In this document: in pieces, positions 44,418 through 59,633 of the stretch | Position numbering within the stretch: position 1 is the first letter of the stretch | How the letters are laid out: every line of letters starts with the position of its first letter | NCBI RefSeq assembly: GCF_000026545.1 | Contig: NC_011601.1 | Source: Escherichia coli O127:H6 str. E2348/69 | Lineage (GTDB): Bacteria > Pseudomonadota > Gammaproteobacteria > Enterobacterales > Enterobacteriaceae | Length of the DNA: 64,000 nt | Strand: one strand, 5' to 3' | The notes under the pieces: model-generated | Databases searched by the model: none | What the model saw: the letters and a program-made list of their open reading frames with translations, nothing else | What the model was told of the DNA's origin: nothing | Position numbers and translations under genes: made by a program

Positions 44418-44846
44418 ATGGCTTATAAACACATTGGCGTGGCAATTTCCGGGAATGAAGAAGATGCCTTACTGGTGAATAAAGCCCTGGAGCTCGCCAG
44501 ACATAATGACGCTCACCTGACGTTAATTCATATTGATGATGGCTTAAGCGAGTTGTATCCGGGTATCTACTTCCCTGCAACAGAAGATATTCTTCAATTG
44601 TTGAAGAATAAGTCGGATAACAAGCTGTATAAACTGACGAAAAATATTCAATGGCCGAAGACAAAACTGCGTATTGAACGCGGAGAAATGCCGGAAACAC
44701 TGCTGGAAATTATGCAAAAAGAGCAGTGCGACCTCCTTGTCTGTGGTCATCACCACTCATTTATCAACCGTTTGATGCCGGCATATCGCGGGATGATCAA
44801 TAAGTTGAGTGCGGATCTCTTGATCGTGCCGTTTATCGACAAGTAA
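44418..44846 (+). CDS. uspD: universal stress protein D
   Basis: 142 aa. Confidence 0.9.
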   Translation: MAYKHIGVAISGNEEDALLVNKALELARHNDAHLTLIHIDDGLSELYPGIYFPATEDILQLLKNKSDNKLYKLTKNIQWPKTKLRIERGEMPETLLEIMQKEQCDLLVCGHHHSFINRLMPAYRGMINKLSADLLIVPFIDK

Positions 44847-44850
44847 CCGC

Positions 44851-45597
44851 TTACCAGTAATGCTCCGCTGTCATATGGCCCGGTCGGCGACGTAAATGTT
44901 TCGTCATCTGCCGGGTCTCCTTCAGCAACTGTTGTGTATCGCGCACCATCTGTGGATTGCCGCACAGCATCACATGGCTGGTTTCTTTATTCATCGGCAG
45001 GCCAACCGCGCTTTCCAGTTCACCACTTTCAATTAACGCCGGTAATCGCCCAGTGAGCGAACCCGCAGCCGTTTCCCGACTGACCACCGTCTGAATGCGC
45101 AGTTTCCCCTCGTAGCGTTTTTCCAGTTCCTGCATCAGAGGTAGATAGCTTAAGTCGGCGGCATATCGTGCGGCGTGAACCAGCACCATGTTTTTGAAGC
45201 GTTCTAAATCTTTGCCCAATTGCAGAATCGATAAATAAGGGCCAATCGCTGTACCGGTTGCCAGCATCCATAGCGTTTCGCAATCTGGTACTTCATCCAG
45301 CACAAAGAAGCCAGCGGCTTCGCTAACCACCTGCACTTCATCGCCCGGTTTCAGTGCCGCCAGTCGCGGGCTTAATTTGCCATCGGGGACGGTGACCAGG
45401 TAAAACTCCAGATCCGGATTATCGGGCGAGTTAACATAGGAGTAGGCGCGCTGAACGCGTTCGCCTTCAATTTCAAGGCCAAGTTTGGTGAATTGCCCGG
45501 CGGTAAACGGAAGCACGGGAGCGTGAACGGTGAGACTAAACAGGGCGTCGGTCCAGTTCTGCACTTTAGTGACTTTGCCTGTTACCCAATCAGCCAT
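44851..45597 (-). CDS. fpr: ferredoxin/flavodoxin-NADP+ reductase
   Basis: 248 aa, MADWVTGKVTKVQNWTDALFSL. Confidence 0.93.
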   Translation of the reverse strand: MADWVTGKVTKVQNWTDALFSLTVHAPVLPFTAGQFTKLGLEIEGERVQRAYSYVNSPDNPDLEFYLVTVPDGKLSPRLAALKPGDEVQVVSEAAGFFVLDEVPDCETLWMLATGTAIGPYLSILQLGKDLERFKNMVLVHAARYAADLSYLPLMQELEKRYEGKLRIQTVVSRETAAGSLTGRLPALIESGELESAVGLPMNKETSHVMLCGNPQMVRDTQQLLKETRQMTKHLRRRPGHMTAEHYW

Positions 45598-45642
45598 GTT
45601 TTTCTCCTGTTTTGATTGACTTGCCTTATCTTCGTTCTCCGA

Positions 45643-45671
45643 ACAAAAAAATTCCAGTCCCGAAGGACTGG
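45643..45671 (-). terminator. glpX terminator
   Basis: minus strand reads CCAGTCC-ttcg-GGACTGG followed by AATTTTTTT. Confidence 0.7.
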
Positions 45672-45693
45672 AAGGCTCAATCGATCAAATCAC

Positions 45694-46704
45694 TCAGAGA
45701 ATGTGCACCTGCATTTCCGGGTCTTTACGATCCAGATAGTGGATGGACTGAATGCGACGAATGGTGCGTGATTTACCACGGATCAGCAGCGTTTCGGTAG
45801 TCGCGATATTGCCTTTGCGGCTAATGCCTTCCAGCAGATCACCTTTGGTGATGCCGGTGGCAGAAAAGATGACGTTGTCGCTGCGCGCCATATCGCCCAA
45901 ACGCAATACTTTACCGGCTTCGATGCCCATCGCTTTGCAGCGTGCCAGCTCCTGCTCGCCAATGCGACGATTCTCTTCGTTGTCGCCTTTGACGTCATGA
46001 CGTGCCAGCAGACGACCATTCATGTCGCCATCTAATGCGCGGATCACCGCCGCAGAAACCACGCCTTCCGGCGCGCCGCCAATGCCGTACAGTACATCGA
46101 CTTCACTGTCCGGCATACAGGTGAGAATTGAGGCCGCCACATCGCCATCCGGAATAGCAAATACGCGTACGCCGAGTTGTTGCATTTCTGCGATAACGGC
46201 ATCGTGGCGCGGTTTTGCCAGAATCGTTACCGTCAGTTCGCTCAACGGTTTGCCGAGCGCCGCCGCAACATTGCGCAGGTTATCCGCCAGCGGCAGGTTC
46301 AGATCAATGGTGCCTTTGGCTCCCGGTCCGACGATCAGCTTCTCCATATACATATCTGGCGCGTTGAGGAAACAGCCTTTATCGCCTACTGCCAGCACCG
46401 CCAACGCGTTAGCCTGGCCCATCGCCGTCATGCGCGTGCCTTCAATCGGATCAACAGCAATATCTACCGCGTCGCCGCGACCAGTACCGACTTTTTCACC
46501 AATGTAGAGCATCGGTGCTTCGTCGATTTCACCTTCACCAATGACGATGGTGCCGTCAATGTTGACCTGGTTGAGCATAATACGCATGGCGTTTACCGCC
46601 GCGCCGTCCGCGGTGTTTTTATCGCCGCGTCCTAACCATTTGTAGCCAGCCAGCGCCGCTGATTCGGTGACGCGGGAAAATTCGATGGCAAGTTCTCGTC
46701 TCAT
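45694..46704 (-). CDS. glpX: fructose-1,6-bisphosphatase class II
   Basis: 336 aa. Confidence 0.93.
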   Translation of the reverse strand: MRRELAIEFSRVTESAALAGYKWLGRGDKNTADGAAVNAMRIMLNQVNIDGTIVIGEGEIDEAPMLYIGEKVGTGRGDAVDIAVDPIEGTRMTAMGQANALAVLAVGDKGCFLNAPDMYMEKLIVGPGAKGTIDLNLPLADNLRNVAAALGKPLSELTVTILAKPRHDAVIAEMQQLGVRVFAIPDGDVAASILTCMPDSEVDVLYGIGGAPEGVVSAAVIRALDGDMNGRLLARHDVKGDNEENRRIGEQELARCKAMGIEAGKVLRLGDMARSDNVIFSATGITKGDLLEGISRKGNIATTETLLIRGKSRTIRRIQSIHYLDRKDPEMQVHIL

Positions 46705-46807
46705 AGCAAACTCTAAGCAGTAAGGAATGGCGCGAAGTGTAGCACAGGGGAAGGGCGGGATTATTGATGTGTGCGGGGTTGCCCCCGCACGGTTTCAGAG
46801 TCTGCGT

Positions 46808-46866
46808 GATGCCGGATGTGTATCCGACTCGTAGGCCTGATAAGACGCGCAAGCGTCGTATCAGGC
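46808..46866. repeat. REP palindromic unit(s) between glpK and glpX
   Basis: GTAGGCCTGATAAGACGCGCAAGCGTCGTATCAGGCA. Confidence 0.8.
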
Positions 46867-46874
46867 AATCATTA

Positions 46875-49251
<2,377 letters not shown>

Positions 49252-49627
49252 AATCGGATCCTGAAGAGTTAATGTTTGTTGTATGCGTGAAAGTCACGGA
49301 CCTCCACGATGCTTGTAGGCATGCTGTAAACTTATCGTTAACGAGCAAAAACGAGAAATATCGAACTTAAAATGTGTGTGCTTCGTCATAAAATGAGCGT
49401 TATCGCGCCATTTGTTCCATCTGATTGTACATGATGCATGTCTGTTAGATCATTCGCGCAACAAATTTATTAACATTTTCGATTGGTGTGGATTATGTCA
49501 CCAGGAGAAGGATGAAAAGTGTAGCAAACCGTAATCTGCAAGGCGTGCCGCTGGACAGCGATGGCGCGGCTTCATACAATCGGAGCTAACTAAAGTGCGC
49601 TCGTATTTATTAAGGCGTCACCGGTAA

Positions 49628-49921
<294 letters not shown>

Positions 49922-49976
49922 TTACACTTCATCTTTCGCGTAATTTCTTTACTGTGTAGGCCAACAGGTAACGCAG

Positions 49977-50004
49977 AAAAAAGGCACCTTGCGGTGCCTT
50001 TTCT
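49977..50004. terminator. bidirectional terminator between zapB and rraA
   Basis: AAAAAA-GGCACC-ttgc-GGTGCC-TTTTCT. Confidence 0.75.
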
Positions 50005-50005
50005 A

Positions 50006-50491
50006 TCATTCAATATCCAGCGGATCTTCTGAAAGAATAATCCCGGTATTGTCGGCATAAAGATGGTCGCCGGAGAAGAAGGTGACACCGCCAAAATTGA
50101 CGCGGACATCGCTTTCGCCAATGCCTTCGCCAGCGGCACCAACCGGAATTGCCGCCATCGCCTGGATGCCGATATCCAACTCTTCCAGGTCATCTACCTG
50201 ACGCACCGCGCCGTAAATGACCAGACCTTCCCATTCATTTTGTACTGCCAGACGCGCCAGTTCAGCATCGACCAGTGCGCGACGAACAGAACCTCCGCCA
50301 TCGACGACAAGAACACGACCACGGCCATTCTGTTCGAGCAGATCGTACAGCAACCCGTTGTCCTCGAAACATTTTACCGTGATTATTTGTCCGCCAAACG
50401 ACGCCCGTCCGCCAAAGTTGGAGAACAGCGGTTCCACGACGTTAACATCTTCTTGATAGATGTCACAAAGCTCGGAAGTATCGTATTTCAT
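50006..50491 (-). CDS. rraA: RNase E inhibitor RraA
   Basis: 161 aa, [23 protein letters not shown]. Confidence 0.93.
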
Positions 50492-50583
50492 AGGCTTAAC
50501 ATTCAGTTGCTGCGAGAATTTTCAGTATATCGCGCTATGTGGGCTGTTGGCAAAATCATCAATTGTTAATTGATATTTGTCAG

Positions 50584-51510
50584 TTATGCTGCCCACTGGC
50601 TTAGGAATATCCCTAAAACAAACAGCAGGTTAGTCAGTAACGCTCCTTTGACAGTGCGTTCCAGCATTGGTCGCATCGCCACCGGGTCCATTTCGCGCAT
50701 CACATAACGAGCTTGCTTCACCAGCAACGGTGCCGCCAGCAGGAACAGCCAGCCCCACAGGCTATGCAGCGAAAAGAGATTAAACAGCGCCAGACACACC
50801 AGAGAGCCCATCAGCAGGCAGGCATGATAACGACGTGCGTTTACTGCGCCTAAGCGCACCACCAGCGTGTTTTTGCCGTTTTCGCGGTCGCTATTGATAT
50901 CACGCAGGTTATTAATGTTCAGTACTGCCGTTGCCAGCAGGCCGCATGCGGTTGCCGGAAGGATCAGTGCCGGAATCAATGTATGAGCCTGTAAATACCA
51001 GCTCCCCATGACGCTCAACCAGCCAAAGAAAACCAGTACGGAAATATCACCCAAACCGATATAACCATAAGGACGATTGCCCACGGTGTAGGTGATAGCG
51101 GCAATGATCGACAACCCACCAAGAATCAGGAAACCGACAAAATCGGCCAGCGTATGGCACGCCACTGCAACCAGTGCCAGCCCGGAAAGACAGATGAGCA
51201 CAACGGTAATAATGAGCGCCCGTTTCATCTCTTGCTGGGTAATGACCCCTTTTTGCATGCCGCGTAGCGGCCCAATGCGGTCAGGTTTATCGCTGCCTTT
51301 TACCGCATCGCCGTAATCATTGGCGAGGTTAGAAAGGATCTGTAATAGCCCGGCGGTAATCAATGCCAGCAGGGCGACCAGTGGATCGAAGTGACCTTGC
51401 CACCATGCCAGCGCCGTCCCGACGATAATTGCAGCAAAGGCGAGGGGGAGGGTTTTAGGTCGTAAACTTTCCAGCCACGCCTGAGTTCGGCTAATTTGTT
51501 GTTCAGTCAT
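50584..51510 (-). CDS. menA: 1,4-dihydroxy-2-naphthoate octaprenyltransferase
   Basis: 308 aa from MTEQQISRTQAWLESLRPKT. Confidence 0.9.
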   Translation of the reverse strand: MTEQQISRTQAWLESLRPKTLPLAFAAIIVGTALAWWQGHFDPLVALLALITAGLLQILSNLANDYGDAVKGSDKPDRIGPLRGMQKGVITQQEMKRALIITVVLICLSGLALVAVACHTLADFVGFLILGGLSIIAAITYTVGNRPYGYIGLGDISVLVFFGWLSVMGSWYLQAHTLIPALILPATACGLLATAVLNINNLRDINSDRENGKNTLVVRLGAVNARRYHACLLMGSLVCLALFNLFSLHSLWGWLFLLAAPLLVKQARYVMREMDPVAMRPMLERTVKGALLTNLLFVLGIFLSQWAA

Positions 51511-51520
51511 AATACGCGCC

Positions 51521-51545
51521 AATAAAAATGGGGCCTTTCAGCCCC
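51521..51545 (-). terminator. hslVU operon terminator
   Basis: minus strand reads GGGGC-tgaaag-GCCCC followed by ATTTTTATT. Confidence 0.7.
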
Positions 51546-51576
51546 ATCAAACAATGATGAAAATGATTGAACGCGA

Positions 51577-52908
51577 TTATAGGATAAAACGGCTCAGATC
51601 TTCATCTGCCACCAACGCATCCAGATGTTTGCTCACATAATCTGCGTCAATAGTGATAGTTTGACCGCTTAAATCGCTGGCGTCGTAGGAAATCTCTTCC
51701 ATTAAACGCTCCAGAACGGTATGTAAACGACGAGCACCGATGTTTTCGGTAGATTCGTTCACCTGCCATGCCGCTTCCGCGATGCGCTTAATACCGGAGT
51801 CGGTAAACTCGATATTTACGCCTTCAGTCGCCATCAGTGCTTTGTACTGCACGGTAATAGAGGCATTCGGCTCGGTCAGAATACGCTCGAAGTCGCTGGT
51901 GGTCAGTGCCTGCAGCTCAACGCGGATTGGCAGACGACCTTGCAGTTCCGGGATCAGGTCAGACGGTTTCGCAATCTGGAACGCGCCAGAAGCGATAAAC
52001 AGAATGTGGTCAGTTTTGACCATCCCGTGTTTGGTGGAAACAGTGCAACCTTCTACCAGCGGCAGCAGGTCACGCTGAACGCCTTCACGAGAAACATCCG
52101 GACCGGAAGACTCGCCGCGCTTACAGATTTTGTCGATTTCGTCGATAAACACGATCCCGTGCTGCTCAACAGCGTCGATAGCATCTTGCTTCAGCTCTTC
52201 CGGGTTCACCAGTTTCGCCGCTTCTTCTTCAATCAGCAGCTTCATGGCGTCTTTGATTTTCAGCTTACGCGCTTTTTGCTTCTGACCGCCCAGGTTCTGG
52301 AACATGGACTGCAGCTGGCTGGTCATCTCTTCCATGCCCGGAGGAGCCATAATTTCAACGCCCATCGGTGCTGCGGCAAGATCGATCTCGATTTCTTTGT
52401 CATCAAGCTGGCCTTCACGCAGTTTTTTGCGGAATGCCTGACGAGCAGCGGACGGTTCCTGCTGCTGTTCGGTCTGTCCCCAGTTGTTTTTAGCAGGTGG
52501 GATCAGCACGTCGAGAATACGTTCTTCTGCCAGTTCTTCAGCGCGATAACGGTTTTTCTCGATAGCCTGGACGCGTACCATTTTCACGGCGGCATCGGTC
52601 AGATCGCGAATAATAGAATCCACTTCCTTACCGACATAGCCCACTTCGGTGAATTTGGTCGCTTCAACTTTGATGAACGGCGCATTCGCCAGCTTAGCCA
52701 GACGACGGGCGATTTCAGTTTTACCGACACCGGTCGGGCCGATCATCAGGATATTTTTCGGGGTCACTTCATGGCGCAGCTCTTCGTTGAGCTGCATGCG
52801 ACGCCAGCGGTTACGCAGAGCAATCGCCACGGAACGCTTGGCGTTGTCCTGGCCGATGATGTGCTTATCCAGTTCGCTGACGATTTCGCGTGGGGTCATT
52901 TCAGACAT
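51577..52908 (-). CDS. hslU: ATP-dependent protease ATPase subunit HslU
   Basis: 443 aa, Walker A GPTGVGKT. Confidence 0.95.
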
Positions 52909-52917
52909 GGGAGATCC

Positions 52918-53448
52918 TTACGCTTTGTAGCTTAATTCTTCGATGGTGTGGAAATGGTTGGTATAGATGCAAATGTCGCCTGCAATATCCAACGCCTTTT
53001 CAGCAATTTCACGGGCGCTAAGTTCAGTGTTTTCTAACAGCGCGCGCGCCGCAGCCTGGGCGTAAGGGCCGCCAGAGCCGATAGCAATAAGATCGTTTTC
53101 TGGCTGCACCACGTCACCGTTACCGGTGATGATAAGCGATGCAGTTTCATCCGCGACTGCCAGCAGTGCTTCAAGTTTGCGCAGCATGCGATCGGTACGC
53201 CAGTCTTTCGCCAGCTCAACGGCGGCTTTGACCAGATGGCCCTGATGCATTTCCAGTTTACGTTCAAACAGTTCGAACAGCGTAAAAGCATCCGCAGTAC
53301 CGCCCGCAAAGCCCGCGATGACTTTGTCGTTGTACAGACGGCGGACCTTTTTCACGTTGCCTTTCATTACGGTATTGCCCAACGTGGCCTGACCATCACC
53401 AGCGATGACCACATGGCCGTTACGGCGTACGCTTACTATAGTTGTCAC
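52918..53448 (-). CDS. hslV: ATP-dependent protease subunit HslV
   Basis: 176 aa, [20 protein letters not shown]. Confidence 0.95.
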
Positions 53449-53516
53449 GAGCTGACCCCTTGGTTACGAATACAGAGTACAAACCCCGTACAAAAGTACG
53501 GGGCATAATGCAATTA

Positions 53517-53544
53517 TAGATGGGGGGGATTTTGAGGGTTTCAA
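53517..53544 (-). promoter_or_regulatory. sigma32 heat-shock promoter of hslVU (TTGAAA -N13- CCCCATCTA)
   Basis: minus strand reads TTGAAAccctcaaaatcccCCCCATCTA, matching the sigma32 -35/-10 consensus; the -35 overlaps the ftsN stop codon. Confidence 0.65.
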
Positions 53545-54425
53545 CCCCCGGCGGCGAGCCGAATGCAGTTTGTATGACCCGCCATCTTCAAGCGATTGAG
53601 GGTGCTGTCTGCGTTCTCTTTGCCTTTCACCGGGCCAATCACCACACGATTCCAGCCATTGTTGGTGGTAATTTTTGAGTCAAAGCCTTCGAACGCCAGC
53701 TGAGCACGTACCGTCTCTGCCTGTTCCGCGCCTCTGAACGAACCGCACTGCACCATCCAGCGGCGTTCGTCTTTTTTCTCCGCCGTCGGTTTTGGCGCGT
53801 CAGCGGCACGAGCAACCGGCGCAGCTTGCTGCGGCTTCGACTGCGCGGTCGTGTGCGCAGGGGTTTGCAGCAGATCCTGGTACGGCTGCTGAGTAGAAGC
53901 CGGTTTAGACTGGCGCGGTTGCGCCTGTACCGGCGCGGCTTGCGACGTACGCGTCTGCTGCTGCCAGCTTTGTTCAGTCGTACGCGACTGCTGAGCCAGG
54001 CGTTGCTGCTCCGCTAATTGCTGCGCCTGACGCTGGCGCATATCAGCCTGCATTTGCTCAAGAAGCTGGCGTTGTTCTGGTGTCAGTTGCTCCGGCGTTT
54101 TCACTTCACCACCGGCAGAAGGTTCTGTAGGCGCACGCACACCCGGCTGGCGACTTTCCAGCTCTTTGATGTAGCGCCAGCGTTCTTCTGGTTTTGGTGG
54201 TAGTCCGTTTCCGGTCACTTTCTGGCTTTGCAGCGTCTCGGACTCTTCTTTCTTGTGATGCGTAATGAAGTACAGACCACCGATAAAGGTCACAAGAACG
54301 GCGGCAGCAATAGCGACCATAGCGGGAGAAACCGCAGGCAGATTTCGTTGCTTTTTCCGTGAGGTGCTCTTTTTTCGCCGCGAAGGTGCCGGTTGGCTGC
54401 GGCGTACATAATCTCGTTGTGCCAC
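53541..54425 (-). CDS. ftsN: cell division protein FtsN (shorter Gln-rich linker than the K-12 form)
   Basis: 294 aa, MAQRDYVRRSQPAPSRRKK, TM helix, C-terminal SPOR domain. Confidence 0.9.
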   Translation of the reverse strand: MAQRDYVRRSQPAPSRRKKSTSRKKQRNLPAVSPAMVAIAAAVLVTFIGGLYFITHHKKEESETLQSQKVTGNGLPPKPEERWRYIKELESRQPGVRAPTEPSAGGEVKTPEQLTPEQRQLLEQMQADMRQRQAQQLAEQQRLAQQSRTTEQSWQQQTRTSQAAPVQAQPRQSKPASTQQPYQDLLQTPAHTTAQSKPQQAAPVARAADAPKPTAEKKDERRWMVQCGSFRGAEQAETVRAQLAFEGFDSKITTNNGWNRVVIGPVKGKENADSTLNRLKMAGHTNCIRLAAGG

Positions 54426-54516
54426 TATCGTTTCGCTGTATTTATTCGTTCGTCAGCCCGCCATGTTACTTAAGCGGCGGGCCTTTGACCAGTCACGGCA
54501 GTCTTAAAGGTTTACT

Positions 54517-55542
54517 TTAAGGTAACGCGCGTGTTGATCCCCGGATGATAAGTTCGCAGTCCATTAAACGAGAGCCACTGCCAACGTGTTGCCCCTGCAT
54601 TTGATCAAGCAATAACAGCATAGCTTCCCGACCGATTTCGTAACGCGGCTGCGCGATGGTTGTCAGCGGCGGATCACAAAATTGCGTCAGGTCGATGTTA
54701 TCAAAACCGATTATGGAAAGGTCTTCCGGTACTTTCAGCCCCTGGCGTTTTGCCTGCGAAAGTGCGCCGAGCGCCATCACATCGCTATGGCAGAAGACAG
54801 CAGTAGGCGGTTGTGGAAGATCAAGCAGCTGTTGCATTGCTTTGCTTCCGGCTTCGAAGGTGAAGTCGCCACGGGCGATGTATTGCGGATCAACCATAAT
54901 GCCGCAGCGACGCAGCGCCTGAACGTAGCCTTGCAGGCGGTAGTGACACAGCGGCATCTCTTCGGGACCGGCTATACAGCCAATCCGTTTATGCCCTTGC
55001 TCATATAAATAATTTACTGCATCAAATGCGGCGGTCAGATTGTCGATATGAACTGTAGGCAGCTCCAGTTCCGGTGCAAATTCGTTCGCCATCACCATCG
55101 GCGGCAGATTACGCTGTTCCTCAATGCTGGCATCAAACGGCAGCCTTGAACCCAGCAGCAACATGCCATCAATTTGCTTGGTGATGATCAAATCGATAAA
55201 GGTTTTTTCCTGCTGATTTTGATGCGCACAGTCGCCAATCAGCACCAGATATCCGTGATTTGCCGCCGTAACTTCGATACCGCGAATAATTTCGCTAAAG
55301 AAAGGGTCGCAGATATCCGGGACAATCACCAGAATAGTGCGGGATTCATTACGCTTGACGTTGCGCCCCATAGGCTGTGGTAAATAACCCACTTCCCGGG
55401 CCGCTTTTTCAACCCGATTACGAGTGGTCTGGGAGACTTTATCGGGATTCATTAATGCTCGGGAGACGGTCGCTGTAGAGACTTTTGCCTTGAGGGCAAC
55501 GTCTTTCATGGTCGCGGCAGTTTCCTGCTTCTTCGCTTTCAC
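54517..55542 (-). CDS. cytR: LacI-family repressor CytR
   Basis: 341 aa from a GTG start (MKAKKQETAATMKDVALKAKVS). Confidence 0.9.
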   Translation of the reverse strand: MKAKKQETAATMKDVALKAKVSTATVSRALMNPDKVSQTTRNRVEKAAREVGYLPQPMGRNVKRNESRTILVIVPDICDPFFSEIIRGIEVTAANHGYLVLIGDCAHQNQQEKTFIDLIITKQIDGMLLLGSRLPFDASIEEQRNLPPMVMANEFAPELELPTVHIDNLTAAFDAVNYLYEQGHKRIGCIAGPEEMPLCHYRLQGYVQALRRCGIMVDPQYIARGDFTFEAGSKAMQQLLDLPQPPTAVFCHSDVMALGALSQAKRQGLKVPEDLSIIGFDNIDLTQFCDPPLTTIAQPRYEIGREAMLLLLDQMQGQHVGSGSRLMDCELIIRGSTRALP

Positions 55543-55697
55543 ACTCACTCCTCGCCTGGCACGTCAGGCGTACTACATCCATGTTTACTTCACATCGGCA
55601 ACATTTTTAGCAGATAGCGCGTGAAAACGGTTACAGAATTTTCATGAAAAGTGTGATGAATATTGAATTTTTCGATCCGCCTCGCATCGTGAGCGGT

Positions 55698-58055
<2,358 letters not shown>

Positions 58056-58059
58056 TTAG

Positions 58060-58311
<252 letters not shown>

Positions 58312-58324
58312 GACCGGATTTCCG

Positions 58325-58352
58325 AAAAAAGCGCCGCACGGCGCTTTTTTTG
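58325..58352. terminator. bidirectional terminator between rpmE and yiiX
   Basis: AAAAAA-GCGCCG-cac-GGCGC-TTTTTTT. Confidence 0.85.
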
Positions 58353-58371
58353 TGCCTGAATTTTGGTCGTA

Positions 58372-58980
58372 TTACCAGGAAAACAGCGGCCATTCTTTGG
58401 CGACCGTGGTGAGTTGTGGCGCGTCGAAAACGGCTTGTGGTGAAACTACCGTTTCCTCAAGCGGAATATTTTTGCCGTAGCGTTCTTTGAGCTTTGCCTG
58501 AACCAGCGGGTTACTAAGATCGAACTCTTTCAGCTTCTGCTGCTCGCCCACACGCATTCCCAGCGCATTCTGGTAGACCTTCCACACCACTTCCGAACAG
58601 TACTGGCGATCGTCGCTCCATGAGAAGCTGAAGTCATACGATTTACCGAGATAACGTTTTGCCGTTTGCGCCAGTTTTTGCTGTTGTTCAACACTCAGTC
58701 CGCCTTCAACGCGGCGAACAACGTATTTGCCCTTTTCACCATGGGCGATCCACTGCTTGAGTGGGGTGTATTTCACCGGGCCGACCGCTTCAAAAACGTA
58801 GGGCTTTTTGTTACGCATCACCAGCATACCGGTGTGGCTGTAATCGGAATGGGTCGCCAGTTGGATCGCTTTACTTTGCGATGAGCGAGAGATTTGAAAG
58901 ATGATGTCGCCAGTTTGCGGCTGCCAGGCAAAGGCAGGCACAGAAACCAGCAGGCTGAGGATCAGTAGCCTGATTTTCAT
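58372..58980 (-). CDS. yiiX: YiiX-family (permuted papain-like, DUF830) protein
   Basis: 202 aa with signal peptide. Confidence 0.85.
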   Translation of the reverse strand: MKIRLLILSLLVSVPAFAWQPQTGDIIFQISRSSQSKAIQLATHSDYSHTGMLVMRNKKPYVFEAVGPVKYTPLKQWIAHGEKGKYVVRRVEGGLSVEQQQKLAQTAKRYLGKSYDFSFSWSDDRQYCSEVVWKVYQNALGMRVGEQQKLKEFDLSNPLVQAKLKERYGKNIPLEETVVSPQAVFDAPQLTTVAKEWPLFSW

Positions 58981-59039
58981 CGTTAAACGTCCATGTATGA
59001 AAAAAGCGGCTGGTTAACTCCGCGCCGCTCTTTTCCGCT

Positions 59040-59357
59040 TTAGTATTCCCACGTCTCCGGGTTAATCCCCATCTCACGCATGATCTCTTTTGCCGCTTCC
59101 GGGATTTCGTCGCTGCGCTCTTTACGCAGGTCGGCATCATCCGGCAAAGGTTGCCCGGTAAAGGCATGCAGAAACGCTTCGCACAGCAGCTCGCTGTTGG
59201 TCGCGTGACGCAGGTTGTTCACCTGACGACGCGTGCGTTCATCGGTGAGGATTTTTAACACCTTAAGAGGAATGGAAACCGTAATTTTTTTGACTTGTTC
59301 ACTCTTCTTGCCGTGCTCAGCGTATGGGCTGATATATTCGCCGCTCCATTCAGCCAT
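59040..59357 (-). CDS. metJ: methionine repressor MetJ
   Basis: 105 aa from [34 protein letters not shown]; the track ORF extends 46 codons upstream. Confidence 0.95.
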
Positions 59358-59544
59358 GAGATACTTAATCCTCTTCGTCAATAAATTGAGGCCAGACCAC
59401 ACAATTAATATGGGTACTGACCGTAAACCCGCATAGTTTACCGTACAGGCGTTACCGTGACATCGTGTAATGCACCTGTCGGCGTGATAATGCATATAAT
59501 TTTAACGGCTATTTGAGATTTGCTCAATCTATACGCAAAGAAGT

Positions 59545-59572
59545 TTAGATGTCCAGATGTATTGACGTCCAT
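59545..59572. promoter_or_regulatory. tandem met-box-like repeats (MetJ operator) upstream of metB
   Basis: TAGATGTC CAGATGTA TTGACGTC: 8-bp tandem units resembling AGACGTCT. Confidence 0.6.
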
Positions 59573-59633
59573 TAACACAATGTTTACTCTGGTGCCTGAC
59601 ATTTCACCGACCAAGCCCAGGGAACTTCATCAC

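Noticed and set aside
51940-52935. 331-aa plus-strand ORF across hslU
   Set aside because: Antisense shadow of hslU; GC-rich third positions of the real gene create long open frames.
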